Origin: Minutocellus sp. GHC0000111
Lineage: Eukaryota
Direction of reading: 5' to 3'
Length of the DNA: 64,000 nucleotides
NCBI GenBank assembly: GCA_977018835.1
Contig: OZ361258.1
Span: forward strand, 2,232,001-2,296,000
Both the position numbers and the translations under genes were made by a program. The notes under the pieces were generated by a model. It was given only the letters and a program-made list of their open reading frames with translations. It ran no database searches and had not been told where the DNA came from. Below are positions 46,665-59,172 of this stretch, in pieces. How positions within the stretch are numbered: position 1 is the stretch's first letter; every line of letters begins with the position of its first letter.

Positions 46665-47180
46665 ATGACGGAGGAATCGGCACCAACGACCTCGGAGGGA
46701 TGCTACCTTTCGTACCTCTCCGACAGCGGGGGGAAGCTCGAGCTGCAGTACAGCCGCACCCCCGTGGAGAATGCCGTGGGGTTCTGGGCAGCCGGTCATG
46801 GAAAAAAGATCCAGCCCTTTAAATTTAACGGAGGTGGCAGGCAGGAGCTCATCAAGGGCATCGCCGGCGGTGAGATCGGCAAGAAGAACTACTACAGCGG
46901 CGTCTGCCAGTTCGTCAAGGAGGCCAAGAAGTTCAAGGGGTGGGTCCTCCTGCATGACACGATCGTCCAGGGCATCGGCGTCGACGTCTACGTGTACTGG
47001 AGGGACGGATCGAGGATGCAAAAATTGGACTTTGGTGGGCATCAGCTGCGGGACATTAGCGACGTTGATGCCGTGACGGTCGTGCCGAGGGATTCGGATG
47101 TGTACAAGGGGGTGAAAAATATCGATATTGGAACGTTCCTCAACAAGGGTACGCAGAAGGGGTGTTGTACATCGTTGTAA
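46665..47180 (+). CDS. Hypothetical protein
   Basis: 171-aa ORF with strong GC3 codon bias and globular-looking composition. Confidence 0.65.
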   Translation: MTEESAPTTSEGCYLSYLSDSGGKLELQYSRTPVENAVGFWAAGHGKKIQPFKFNGGGRQELIKGIAGGEIGKKNYYSGVCQFVKEAKKFKGWVLLHDTIVQGIGVDVYVYWRDGSRMQKLDFGGHQLRDISDVDAVTVVPRDSDVYKGVKNIDIGTFLNKGTQKGCCTSL

Positions 47181-47759
47181 TGACTCTTTTTTAAAAAGAA
47201 GAAGTTATGATTGCATGTGGTGGCTTGTGCCGGCGGCGGAAGGTGAAAGAAGAATTTATATTGGGTGTGAAATGATATGCATGTATGCGGCCTAGCTAGG
47301 CGTCGTGGTAAGCGGGCCACCATGCCACTAGCTTTACCTAATAATAGGACGCGAAGTCAACACATTGCTCGGTGGCATAACCGATATAGAGTTTTCATCC
47401 TTTTTTTTTACGTCGGAGTTGCAATAGGTGCGAAGCGTGGAGTGTGAGTTGTATGTGCATGGGTAAATGAAGTCACCAGTCATAGCACTTTGTATGTGAA
47501 AGTATGCCGAGAAGAACGTTCTCGGCACTGCCAAGATGCTTATGACTCGGCACAAAAACAACAGTCTTGTGGAATGTGGACACAGAAGGGACCGATTCCG
47601 TTGCAATGGCTCCACAGATCTTCAGTGCGGCACATACCTGGGCATTATCGTTCAGATCTTATCTCGCGCTGGAATAAATGCCAATTCTTCGCCTCACTCC
47701 AGCGATATCTACCTCATTTACTAATTCTACTTACTATTACATTTAACAAGAACATACCA

Positions 47760-48407
47760 ATGCCACCGATCATCGATAGTGATGTGTTCTACTCCCCTGG
47801 CGATCTCTCTGGCGACATCGCAGAGATCGAGGCGACGCTCCGAAAGCACGTCAAAGTTTCCAGCCCAATCATCTCAAGGAGCACCCGTTCCGTTCAGTGG
47901 GGATCGTCGCTCAAGCTCAATTTCGACACAGCCGCTTCTCCCTCCTGGGTCGGAACGATGCTATCGTCTCCCCATTTTGCCCGGCGATACAGGGAGAGCA
48001 ACGAACGGCAGAGACACGACATCCTTGCATCCTTCCCCTCGCTGGCCAGAGACTTTTCCAAGGACTGCACTCTCTCCCCTCCGCCAATTCTGAAGCAACA
48101 GACCAGATATAGCAAAACGAAAGAGTTGACTCGCCAAACCATGCGCCCACGCGGACATAGGACAACATCTTTCTCCAGAGATGAACCATTGAGTCTTTTT
48201 CCACAGAGCTGCAACGAGGCGATTTTCTACTGCTCTCTCTCATCGCCCACTCTCTCATCGACAGATGATGAAAACGATGATTCCGATACCGCGACCCTCC
48301 TGAACTCTCCTCAGACGACGGACTCCAAAGGTGGTTTCGACAGAGTCAGGGTTCTTTGCTACGAGCCCACCCCCGAGAAGAAGATCACTGGACGAGTTTG
48401 TCTTTGA
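47760..48407 (+). CDS. Hypothetical Ser/Pro-rich protein
   Basis: ORF from ATG 47760; no recognised motif. Confidence 0.45.
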   Translation: MPPIIDSDVFYSPGDLSGDIAEIEATLRKHVKVSSPIISRSTRSVQWGSSLKLNFDTAASPSWVGTMLSSPHFARRYRESNERQRHDILASFPSLARDFSKDCTLSPPPILKQQTRYSKTKELTRQTMRPRGHRTTSFSRDEPLSLFPQSCNEAIFYCSLSSPTLSSTDDENDDSDTATLLNSPQTTDSKGGFDRVRVLCYEPTPEKKITGRVCL

Positions 48408-48609
48408 GAAGGATCTTGTTCAATGAGACCAAAAATGAATACATAAAATCGAAATTCATTTATGACCGCACAATGCTGCAAATGAATTCGAGTGCCAAAA
48501 CTAACGAATGAATGATATCCACCGTTCACACTGATAATAGATATATTAACACAGATACATTTTTTCACACATAGATGACTTCAATTAACAGCCATGCCCA
48601 CACGGCAAA

Positions 48610-49726
48610 CTAGACCGCAGGAGTAGTTCCTGCAAATCCCTTCTCGTCGGTTGCGTAATAAGCACCAGCTGAGTCGGTATGTATTCGTCGCCCTTCTCCT
48701 CCCGTGGGAGAATCGTCATCATCCACATCATCATCACTGCCGGTTCGGCGTTTGTCCCACCACTTTCGCTTCACAACAATGGTCGCTGCACCGATCATGA
48801 TGATGGCCAGGAATATCGCTATCTGTTGAATAAAGATGGCCATGGTCACAGTCGTAATTGTCCAAAACACCTCAACGACGGTCAGTATACCCGTAAGCCA
48901 CCCCACGCCAATCATTCGCACAAACATTTTGGTCAGATGCATGGACAATGCCAGACAGATACCAAATATGATGAGAATGATTTGAAGAAATAGAATCGCT
49001 CCCGATGCCACACTGAGCTGTCTCCGCCCGTCCTCATCGCCGTCGGCGGCGGTGGCGTCCATGCTGACCAGGCCCATTGTACTGAGCGTTCCCAGTATGG
49101 ACATGAACGGCACAATCCACACCATGATGGAATCCACAACCTCATCGATGACTGGGACGCACTTCGACACCAGCTCCAGTACCGATAGGATGCCTAGCAG
49201 GATGAGGCCGGGCCAGCTGGCCACGATGCTTTCCATCGTCTCTCCCATTGCCAGCAGATCTGGTCTGGCCTTTTCAATGGATCCGACGAGAAAGAGCGTT
49301 AGGAATGGGGCTGACCGCGCAGGGAGATAGAAGTAGATTGATGAATGTGTGGGTTGTGGTGGTGCAAACACGGTGCCATGCATGACATGTTTTCCCGGGC
49401 ACTAAATATCCAAACGCCAACAATGTTTGAATTGAATGTGTGGGCTGTGATGGTCCAACAATGCGTGCATTTGGTGCACCATAGGAATTCCTATATTCCG
49501 GCCGGCATATCGAAACAGCTTCTTCACTAACTCATTTGCAGTTCCCTCTCGTCCAAGCCAAGAGCACACAAGATGTGCTCGTTTTTTTCGGAGATAGATT
49601 TTTCGCAGATAGAAATTTCTACGTAAAAAGAAAAATGAGCAACTCCAATCGACACTCACCAACGCCCTCATTTCCTGCCACGACCATCGACACGGCAGCG
49701 CTTTGCAATCCCTCGAAGAACGTCAT
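48610..49726 (-). CDS. Multi-pass membrane protein, DUF4126-like (exons 49726-49660, 49310-48610)
   Basis: APFLTLFLVG and LELVSKCVPVIDEVVD motifs; about 5 TM helices; intron splices in frame. Confidence 0.65.
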
Positions 49727-50086
49727 GGTAAGATACCGACGAGCGAAAATGAATAAAATGAGAAGTACTCCACTAATCTAACAGTTGAGTCTACGATACC
49801 AAGAAACGTCGATTTAGGAGTGCAAAGGGTCTGTCCATCCCCCGTCGAGTAGGCAGACTGCCGAAATTTTTTTCAATTTTCGACGGCATGGCGCAGCTTG
49901 CAAGACCGACACGTCCATCGTCATTGCTTCTACTTGCACTCGCACCTCTCCGTCCGATCTCCTCCCTCCAGTCAGAGAGTAGAACGGAAGTGAAAAGAGA
50001 GCAGAGAGTAGAGATATTCGATTGCTTGCTCTTAATATTCAGTTCTGAAGTCAGATCAGACCAGATCAGATACGCGCACAACAATA

Positions 50087-52195
50087 ATGTTCTCCTCGAC
50101 ACACGCCTTTGCCCTCCTCCTGGCGGTCACGTCCGGCATGGACAGCGCCAACCCCGCCCTTCTGCCCGTCGGCACTTTGGTCTACGGCCTCTTCGAGGAC
50201 TGCCAGTGCTGGTTCCGCGGCAAGGTCGACGAGTTCGTCATGGGCGATCCCTCGGTCTACACCGTCCGCTGGTCGGACGACACCACCACCGACTACTTCG
50301 ACAGCACCGACCTCGACAAGCTCATCCGCGTCGTCAACCATGCCGCCGACTTCGTCATCGAGGTGGGCGAAAATCCCGACGACGAGCCCCCCCAGGTGTA
50401 CATGGCCGGCACGCCGGTGTACTACCACTTCGACGACGACCAGGGCTGGTACTACGGCACCATCACCGACTTCGACGAGGACGGGTACTTCGTCGAGTGG
50501 TCCGACGGGTCCAGCCAGACCTACGACATTCGGCAAACCCGCGTCATGGTCCAGCAGGCCATCGAGCAGGTCATCAGTGGCGGGGACGACCCGGACGTTG
50601 TCTTCGACGTCGGCACCCCCGTCCGGTACAAGTTCCCCAAGAACTGGTGGAACGGCAAGATCACCTCGTACAACTCCAACAAGGGAGAGTACAAGGTGAC
50701 GTGGACCGACGGCAGCTGGAACAAGTACACCGAATTCAAGACTATGAAGCAGATGGTCGACCAGGGGGCCATTTGGAAGGTCGGTTACGAGGACGTTCCC
50801 GACCAGATCTACCCCATCGGGTCTTTGGTCTACACCGAGTTCTCCGAGAAGTTCTGTAAGTCAAGCAAAGGCTTGCTTGTGGTGCATATGTCATGTGCAT
50901 TTGATCGTTTTGTTTGTTTTGTATGTTTATCACAATGGCATTGCATGCTTTGGCCTTTGCTTAGACTTCCATTTTTTCTAACACGACATCAATAAATCGT
51001 TGGTATCTTGTTGTGATACAACGACCTCAAATGAACGAATCAATTCATCAAAACATAACCCAATATGCATCATCAGACAAGGGTAAGATTACCGACTTCA
51101 AGAAGGATGGCACCTACGAGGTCACCTACTCGGACGGTGACGTCAAGACCTATTCCGACTTGAAGGACGTCGTCGAGATGGTCAATGCCGCCGCCGACCT
51201 CGTCCTCTCCGGCGGATACAAGTCCGAGGGTGACTACCCCAACCCGTACCCCATCGGAACGCGCGTTTACTACCACTTCCCCTCCGGCTGGTACAACGGC
51301 TACGTGTCTAACTACGATCGTGGCACCTACAAGGTCACGTGGAGCGACTGGAGCATGGGCGAGCCCGACAAGGGACTGGAGTCCATCAAGCTTATGTCCA
51401 CCCAGGCCGCCCAGCAGGCCATGGGCTTCAAGGCCGATACCTCCGAGAAGTACAAAGTTGGTACCCCTGTCTACTACAAATTCAAGGAGTAAGTATTTTT
51501 TTGTTTTTGTATGCCAGTCATTGGTGATGTCGAGTCTATTTGAAGTTAAAATTTCTAACATGTCAGCCTGTTCCACCCCCATCTCGAACTGCGACTGCAC
51601 GTGTGACGCACCATCCCAATTTTGGCATTTTTTGATAATGTATTTCAGTGGCTGGTACAATGGCAAGATTACCGCGTTCAAGGACGGCTGGTATGTGGTC
51701 GATTGGGAGGATGATACTACCAACCAGTACGATGACTTGGCGCAGATGAAGCAGATGGTTACCGCCGCCCAGGAGCATTCTGGCAGTGCCGCTGTGAAGA
51801 ATGCCAAGCAGCACTATCCGCTGGGCACTCCCGTTTATGAGAAGTTTGCTTCCGGATGGTACGACGGCACGGTCACCGGCTTCGAGGATGGCAAGTACGA
51901 GGTGACGTGGTCTGACGAATCCGTCACCTACTACACTGACATTCGGGAGATGGTCGATCAAGCGAATAGCGGCCAGAAGAACATCAGCCAGGGTGCCACC
52001 GCCGTCATTGTGATTGCCGTGATTGTCATTGCTGCCGGAGTTGCCCTGATTGTGATCCGAAGGAAGAGGACCGGAAAGGAACCCCCTCCGCCTCCTCCCA
52101 GGATGAACCCTCTTGATGGAAGCCCCGAGAAGGTCAGTGGTACTGGAGAAGAGAATATTGCTGATTTGAAGCCTTCCAGCAGCGACATTATTTAA
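50087..52195 (+). CDS. Type I membrane protein with seven tandem Tudor/SH3-like repeats (exons 50087-50855, 51077-51488, 51649-52195)
   Basis: Signal peptide; repeat consensus Y-P-x-G-T-x-V-Y-x-x-F..GWY-x-G-x-I..Y-x-V-x-W-S-D; TM AVIVIAVIVIAAGVALIVI followed by RRKR; both introns splice in frame. Confidence 0.8.
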
Positions 52196-52849
52196 GATAC
52201 ATTGTGAAGGCTTCCAATAAGAAAAGTTACTACTACATGTACCTGGTGCTGAGAGCAGGTGACCAAGGAATGTTGTGTGCGACTCATGACTGACGCACAG
52301 TTCTCACACCCAGAACAGAGTATAAAATAACGCTATTTGTACAAACCAAAGTTGCCTGATATATATGCGGTAGAGTCTAGTAGAGATCTACCGGTGTTGG
52401 AGCTGTTTTCTTCCTCTGCCCCGGTGACTCTCTGGTTGGTCGTTGGTGCCTTGAGCGAGAACAGAATGACATATTCACATGGTGCAGCTGTAAATGGGCC
52501 ATGAGGTATGAATGCTTCGCTTGTTTATCACACGGTGGCTACATGGCTACTCTACTCCTTTTAAGAGTTGTACATGTACCTGGTACCCGAGAGTCTCGGT
52601 CGGCTGGCTCTCCATTTATTCTTCGTTCGTTCGATCAATCGAGTCTTTTCGTATTTCTCCATCGTCATCCTGATATCATTTGAATCCAAAGACGAGAACC
52701 CGGAAAGCTCTCTGCCACGCGCGCAATGGCGGCACCTGGTCTGAACATTTATCTGTTCTCCGGAAGACGAAGGACGACGGAGAAGACGGAATCTTGCGAC
52801 CGATATTGCCGCACTGCCCGCAGCACATAACGAACAAATCACCGCCATC

Positions 52850-54637
52850 ATGTCTCGTCCCGGTGGTGCCCAATATGACATGCAGATCAAGGTAAGAATT
52901 CGGTTTGATGGTGGATGCGGTACCGCCCGCCCCTCCTCCCCCCCCCCCCCCGGGAAATATCGAGGATGCTGCGTGGCGGGTCTCGGTGTTTGCCTCCTGC
53001 ATCGGCGGATGCATGGATACCGCCGTGCCGACCTATCACTCGGGTGCATTATTTTCGGCTTTGTTTTTCACTTGGGGTGGCGATTGTTTGACTCTGGTGG
53101 CAATTGGAAGACCGATGGGGCCATGGAAGCTAAACTCGTCAGGAGAACGGAAGCAGCCGCTTGGCCCCCCTATTTCGACACGGCCGGGTGCCCTTGCTAC
53201 AAAATCGCATTGTGTTGAGATTTTTAGCTCATGGGGGGATCTCCCAGAATCTGCCGTGGGACCTCGATTTGCCATCAGACTTCAGGAATCTCGGCAACTG
53301 TCTATCACCTACCGGTACTGGCGGCCAGTGCCCTGCACGAGAAGCTTAAGGACGCCTACCTCATGCATTTTGGCACGGCGTTGACCGGAGGCCCAGCGCG
53401 AAAAGGCAACACCGATCAAAAGATACGAAGCGGAAAATGACCCGACCGCTCATCTCTCTTCCGGGACTTGCGCACATACTGGAGATGATCAGTTGGGCAT
53501 TACTTATGTGACCGTCAAACGCCCTACGGTCAAAATATTGATATGTCCAAGGCCGAGGATTGGGAGAGAGATAGTACGCTCCTGGGCTGTGTGTGCGATA
53601 CGCATCGTCCGAAATCGAGCACATAAGTGTCGGGCGGACTTATGGTCACGTTTTGCGAAGCCACGTCCGGCACTCGGAACCTTTCCTTTACACTACACTG
53701 CCCACCCACAAACGACGCCCAACTTGATCAGGGCCAACCGTACGTTCCGGGACGCCTGCTGCAGCTCATCTGCCTGCATCATTTCTACCGGACCATTCCC
53801 TGCTCGCGTCCGGGACGAGAGCTGATTTCACTCCGATTCCACGCCGGTGTTGGAATGGCCGAACTTGCTGCTCGAGTGGGGTTGCTGAACTTGGTGCTGC
53901 AGATCCAATTGCAAACAATTTCGCTCGGGAGATTCGATGGTGTTTTTGGATTTTTCATTTTCGCCGTGTCCCAATGGTGACCCTTCTCTTTGCTATTTTC
54001 GACTTCTAACACCCCCCCCCCGCCCTCCCCATCACTCATCATACCACAGCTGCTCATGATCGGAGATTCCGGCGTCGGTAAGACTTGTCTGCTCCTTCGA
54101 TATGCCAACGACTCCTTCTCTCCGACCTTCATCACAACCATTGGTATTGACTTCAAGATCAAGAATGTAGACATCGACGGAAAGAGAATCAAGCTTCAGA
54201 TTTGGGACACAGCCGGCCAGGAGAGGTTCCGTACCATCACCACCTCCTACTTCCGTGGGGCACAGGGCATCCTCCTTGTTTACGACGTTACCGACCGCCG
54301 ATCGTTCGAGTCCATCCGAAACTGGGTGTCACAAATCCAGCAGCACGCCGACGTCCACGTCAACAAGATCCTGGTTGGCAACAAGTGCGATATGCTCGAC
54401 GAGAAGGTCGTCAGCACCGAGGAGGGACAGAAGCTCGCCAAGGAGTTCGGCATCGACTTCTTTGAGTGCTCCGCCAAGAACAACATCAACGTTGAGCAAG
54501 CCTTCATCGGCCTCGGCCGGGCGGTAAAGAACCGCCTCGTTGCTGACGGCGGCGCAGGTCCCAAGCCATCCGGCGGCGTCAAGGTTGGAGGCCACGGCGC
54601 AGCAAGACCTGGCCAGGGTGGCAAGAATTGCTGTTAG
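52850..54637 (+). CDS. RAB8: Rab8/RabE (Sec4-like) small GTPase (exons 52850-52891, 54050-54637)
   Basis: [38 protein letters not shown] and C-terminal CC; exon 1 [14 protein letters not shown]. Confidence 0.92.
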
Positions 54638-55722
54638 GCTCGGCTTCGCTACAAATACCTTGTTTTACCTATATCTCACAATCATAGCAGTAAGATTTGT
54701 TTCGGGATCTGACTAACTTTCCCCGATGCAAGTCACACGGAGGAATGGAGGGAGAGTGTCAGTGGTCTTATATTTTCAGATCGACGGATGGGCGGTCGTC
54801 GGAGAAATCATATGGTCGAAGGTCGATTCGTATCATGGATCCGGACTGTTCTGTATCTCACGGTCTGATGCATTGATCACTTGGGATGCTCTTTATGAAC
54901 TAATTGCCATCGAACGCAACGTGTCGAGTGGCACGGCTAGAGTTATTTTTGAGGAGGAAATTTGAACTTGGCGGCCTGCGGAAGGAAAGGGCTGCGAGAG
55001 TGAAGTGTTTTTATTGTATGTTCATAGACAAACTACTTCCGGGACCTTTGTGCGGCGGAAGGAGACGCCGTCGAATACTGAGAATCTATTCTAAACTGTC
55101 AATTATATTAGAGAAGTACGACGGAACGAAAACTGTTCTCCTTGTAGTTAGTGATGGCCGATGACGTGGAACCATACTCTCTGTGTATCAATAATACCAG
55201 GGCTCAGGATTGGGTTTATCATGTAGTTCGTACCACCACCTTGCCGACAGTAGCAATAGGAATTTACAAGGAATGGCACCAATGCCTATACGAGGCTCGT
55301 ACCTGCATTTGTCTTGTTTTAATACCATGGAATGAAGTCCCAAAATCCAGACACTAGCTAGTAGGCATTCTTATGTGCGATATCCTCCTATTACTTCAAT
55401 ATATACCAATTGGTATATCCGTTCCGACGCTGTCGAAGACCTCGGCTGGAGAAAGCAGGATTTCTAACCCTTCAAAAAAATTGCTACTGCCACTCGGTCG
55501 GGCCGAGTGGCACTCTTCGTGATAATCAAAGAGTACATGTATTGAATATGGTCTGGGCTCGATCCGTTGACTTGAGGGCTGTGCGACAGTATGATGAAAA
55601 AATAATATTGGTCCACAGCTATTTTATAACTAACCGTCTAAGTGCCCTTGCCTTTTCACCTCATCACAAGGTCTATAGTATCTATCCACTTTGGAGAGGG
55701 AATCAAAGCCACCGATATCTCT

Positions 55723-56268
55723 CTACCAGGTATGCAAATTCCTGATGAGGATATCGTTCTGCCGCACTTGGTTCCCGTGTCGCTGACCGTCGAACATGCA
55801 TTTCTCCTCCCACGTCATACCTGATCCGTCCTTCCGCGATTTCTGGTCGGCATCCCAGTCCTCTATGCGCTGATAGCCACCGCCCTTCTTCTTGTTCTTT
55901 GGCGTTGTTGCTTCCTCTGGCTTCTCGCCTTCGTTGGCACAACCATCTCCAGACTCGGACTTCATGTTGAGAGAAAGACGCTCGAATGCCTCAGGACATC
56001 GAGCAGCTTCCTTGAGACGTTCGAGCTCATCCGCACTGAACTGCTTCCTACCAGTCGATGATCTACCTGACTCACTGTCACGAGAGGCGCGCATCTCAAG
56101 GAAAGACATGCCCAGAGTATCGACGAAGTTGGGGTTCTGGCCTGGAAGCTGTCGGCATCGTGCAGAATTACGAGTATTCGTCACGAATGCACCGACGGAA
56201 TTCCCGCAGGATAAGATCCCAACTACGGCTGCAGAAAGGCCGCTGCGAGCAAGAGGACGACGAGGCAT
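55723..56268 (-). CDS. Hypothetical plastid-targeted protein
   Basis: Signal peptide plus GA-F; conserved-looking C-terminus YQRIEDWD..WEEK..GNQVRQNDIL. Confidence 0.6.
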   Translation of the reverse strand: MPRRPLARSGLSAAVVGILSCGNSVGAFVTNTRNSARCRQLPGQNPNFVDTLGMSFLEMRASRDSESGRSSTGRKQFSADELERLKEAARCPEAFERLSLNMKSESGDGCANEGEKPEEATTPKNKKKGGGYQRIEDWDADQKSRKDGSGMTWEEKCMFDGQRHGNQVRQNDILIRNLHTW

Positions 56269-56608
56269 CGTGCTTCGTGGTGACTGTTCACGGGAAGAAG
56301 AAGTTATCGTATTCACTTTCTTCGTGCCGTTTGTTCGTTCGTGCTTGGCTTGGCTGTGTGTTGTTGCTTGGTTCGGCGTTCTGGCGTTGAACTTTCATCT
56401 TGGCAAAGGGACCCGGAGCCATGGCTCCTGGCGAGGGGATAAGCAGCACGGCCGAAAAGCAGCAGCAGCCAGCAGGCAGAGAGCAGCCAGCGCCTTTTCC
56501 TTGCTCGTCTACATGCGTAATAGCATGTGTGCCTGACAATAGCACAGCGATATATGTAACAAATTTTTCGTCCTCTCTGCATGCATTCTGCATGCATACC
56601 GGTATCAT

Positions 56609-57568
56609 CTATCCTTTAAATTGTCGTGCTAGCAGATACCGTTCAGCTGACTCCTTGCGACTTGCCATTGGCTTGAGGATTCTCACCTCTTCGAAGCGAT
56701 TTTCGGCGGTGTCCAGCAACATTCTTTCATTTTCTTTCCCGCATTGAAAGTATTTGCTAAGGAAGGAACCACCAACACGAAGAAGGCCAACATCTTGCCA
56801 TGATTTGGGCGCTGACTCTTTATCATGTTTCTGTGGCTTGGACGCAGGAGGGTCAAAGCACGACGTACCAGCGGCAAATTGTAGGGCGTTTTCGCATAAT
56901 GACAATGTCCGTAGCGCATCCGTGCTTTTGTTTCCCGTGAAATTGGCAGCCATATCACTCATGATAACGTCTGCTTGGCATTGTAATTCATCGTCACTTC
57001 CATCACTGATTGCCTCGGATATGAATTCTTTTGTCATAAATGAATTGAAGTCGGCTCGTGCAAAATAGAAATCTGCCATACTTTCATCATTCTCCAAATA
57101 GTGCATCGTCTTTTGATCGAGTGGTAGAAGATCAACGGCCACCAACTTCCCCGAAGGACCGATTTTCTTTGACGCATAGACTGACCAGCCACCGGGTGCA
57201 GCGCCGAGGTCGATTGCGATATCCCCTTTGCGGAACAATCCACTGTCGCCATTCCCTCTTTTTCGTCGTTGGCTAGATTTAGACCTCTCTTGTTTCTGTA
57301 TCACTTCATCGATTTGTTCGAGCTTGTAGTACGCACGGGATGGCCGTCCTTCTTTGCGCGCCCGCTCGGCATATTGATCTTTGGCCTGCCGTTGTAGCCA
57401 CTTCGCTGACGACTGGCTGTGCTTCTTGCCGCCGCTGGTCCTTCGGCCATGGCGCCCTCCGTTGCTCATCGGTCGACAGGACACATCCAAACTCAAAGAG
57501 AACTTAGGAAATGTCACTGAAGATACTGCCAAAGTGCAACATTGTCGGACAAGTGGCTGGTAGACCAT
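56609..57568 (-). CDS. RlmE/FtsJ (Mrm2-like) rRNA 2'-O-methyltransferase
   Basis: SRAYYKL, DLGAAPGGWS, VDLLP, SDMA, K(YF) and KPMASRKESAE give the K-D-K-E tetrad. Confidence 0.9.
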   Translation of the reverse strand: MVYQPLVRQCCTLAVSSVTFPKFSLSLDVSCRPMSNGGRHGRRTSGGKKHSQSSAKWLQRQAKDQYAERARKEGRPSRAYYKLEQIDEVIQKQERSKSSQRRKRGNGDSGLFRKGDIAIDLGAAPGGWSVYASKKIGPSGKLVAVDLLPLDQKTMHYLENDESMADFYFARADFNSFMTKEFISEAISDGSDDELQCQADVIMSDMAANFTGNKSTDALRTLSLCENALQFAAGTSCFDPPASKPQKHDKESAPKSWQDVGLLRVGGSFLSKYFQCGKENERMLLDTAENRFEEVRILKPMASRKESAERYLLARQFKG

Positions 57569-57768
57569 CGCTGCTACGTTCGAACGTGTACCGGTACCAT
57601 TGGTATGAGTAGGCCTAGCTAGAGTGCAGTGAAGGCATACCTAGGTACCTAGGTAGTGAATGACATGATATGAACCGCACGATAATTACGTCTGTCCGTT
57701 GTACGTAACGCCTCAATCCGCGGAACAAAAAACCAGCACACTTTGCAGCTTTGCGTTGGTCCGAAGTC

Positions 57769-58484
57769 ATGCTGAGGAACGTTTGTCCCGTCGTTGCCCG
57801 TGCCGCGGGGAGGCTGACCGCCCCCGCACGGCGCCCCGCACCGTCAACCTTTGCCGCCGCCGCCATTTCCAGGCCGTTCTCCTCCGAGGAGCTCGTGCCC
57901 GGCGTCGGCAAGGGCAAGACCAGTACCGGCTTGGTGAGTGCTCTGAATTTCGGATCTGGGATTTGTACTTTTCAGACGGTTGGGCGGGGAGGTTGGTTGG
58001 GTTTGCACTGAAGAATCGATCGCGCTTTTCTCACCTCCCGCCCATCCTCACTTTTTTATTTGTATGCACATGTGTTCCACTGGTATCTTTCGTTTCATGC
58101 GGGTAGGTCGGCCTTCCCGTGGATCATGAGGCAGTGCCCAAGATGATCACCAAGTACCAGGCCCTCCTCGACAAGATGGCGGCGAGCGATATGCCGGAGG
58201 ATGCCCAGTATCGGAAGAATGTTACCGCCATCGCCGAGTTCCGCATCAAGGCCGCCACGGAGAATCTCGATGATCCCGAGGCCGTCGAGGAGCTTTGCAA
58301 CTGCGGTCAGGTCGAGGAGCTGGTGCAGCAGGCGGACAACGAGATGATCGTCCTGGACATGTACCTGCGCAACCGATGGTGGGAATACGTGAAGGACAAT
58401 GTCATTATCGAGCACAATCCCGATCACGAGGCGGACGATGATGGCAGAGAGTGGGATGCACCGCTCGAGAAGAACACCGCTTAG
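57769..58484 (+). CDS. NDUFA5: Mitochondrial complex I subunit NDUFA5 (B13) (exons 57769-57933, 58107-58484)
   Basis: [34 protein letters not shown]; mitochondrial presequence. Confidence 0.88.
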
Positions 58485-58579
58485 GCCATTTTCAAATCAA
58501 TTTTCCGTGTGGACAGTTCCCCATGCGGAAAAAGTGCAGAATGCCAATCCTGTTATTTTAGTTTTTATTATTAATGAAT

Positions 58580-59071
58580 ATCTTTCTTTCCGCTCCCTTG
58601 TCTTGCCTTCTGCGGCCATCGTTCGTCGACCTTTCTTGCCATAATGATTGATTTGGTTTCTGATCTCTGCCGTTGTTTCTGTGGATACAAATACAAAACG
58701 GTGTGGTTATATTATTAAAGTCACCGACGGACGACTTCAAGAACAAATTCATCGAAAAGAACAAGGCTTTACTCGCGGCACTTCAACAGAGCGATATTCC
58801 CTCCGATGCCCCGTATCACATCAATCTCTCGTATATTGCACGACATAGAATCGCAGTTGCCGAAAAATTCAAGGGCAAACCAAAGGGATTGATCGGCCAA
58901 GTCGCTCTCCCCTTTACAAACTCGAAAACCGTTGATGATCTCGTCCAAGAGGTTGAGGAAGAAATGAAAAGGCTCGAAGAGTACAATTCGAAGAGACTTT
59001 GGTGCGCAAGTACCGAGGAGCTCAACGAGCGCATAGCCACAAGAATCAAAGATGCCGAGTCGAATGAATAG
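58580..59071 (+). pseudogene. Divergent tandem NDUFA5-like paralog lacking an intact start
   Basis: KALLAALQQSDIPSDAPY..IARHRI..TVDDLVQEVEEEM..Y...RLW aligns by eye to the adjacent NDUFA5; no in-frame ATG upstream of the domain. Confidence 0.55.
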
Positions 59072-59172
59072 ATAGATGGATAAACGAGCAAAGCAAAGGA
59101 TGTAAATGCAATGAAGATAGGTCAATCGCTACTCTACTAACCTATGGAACTAAACACCCTTTACTATCTTAT

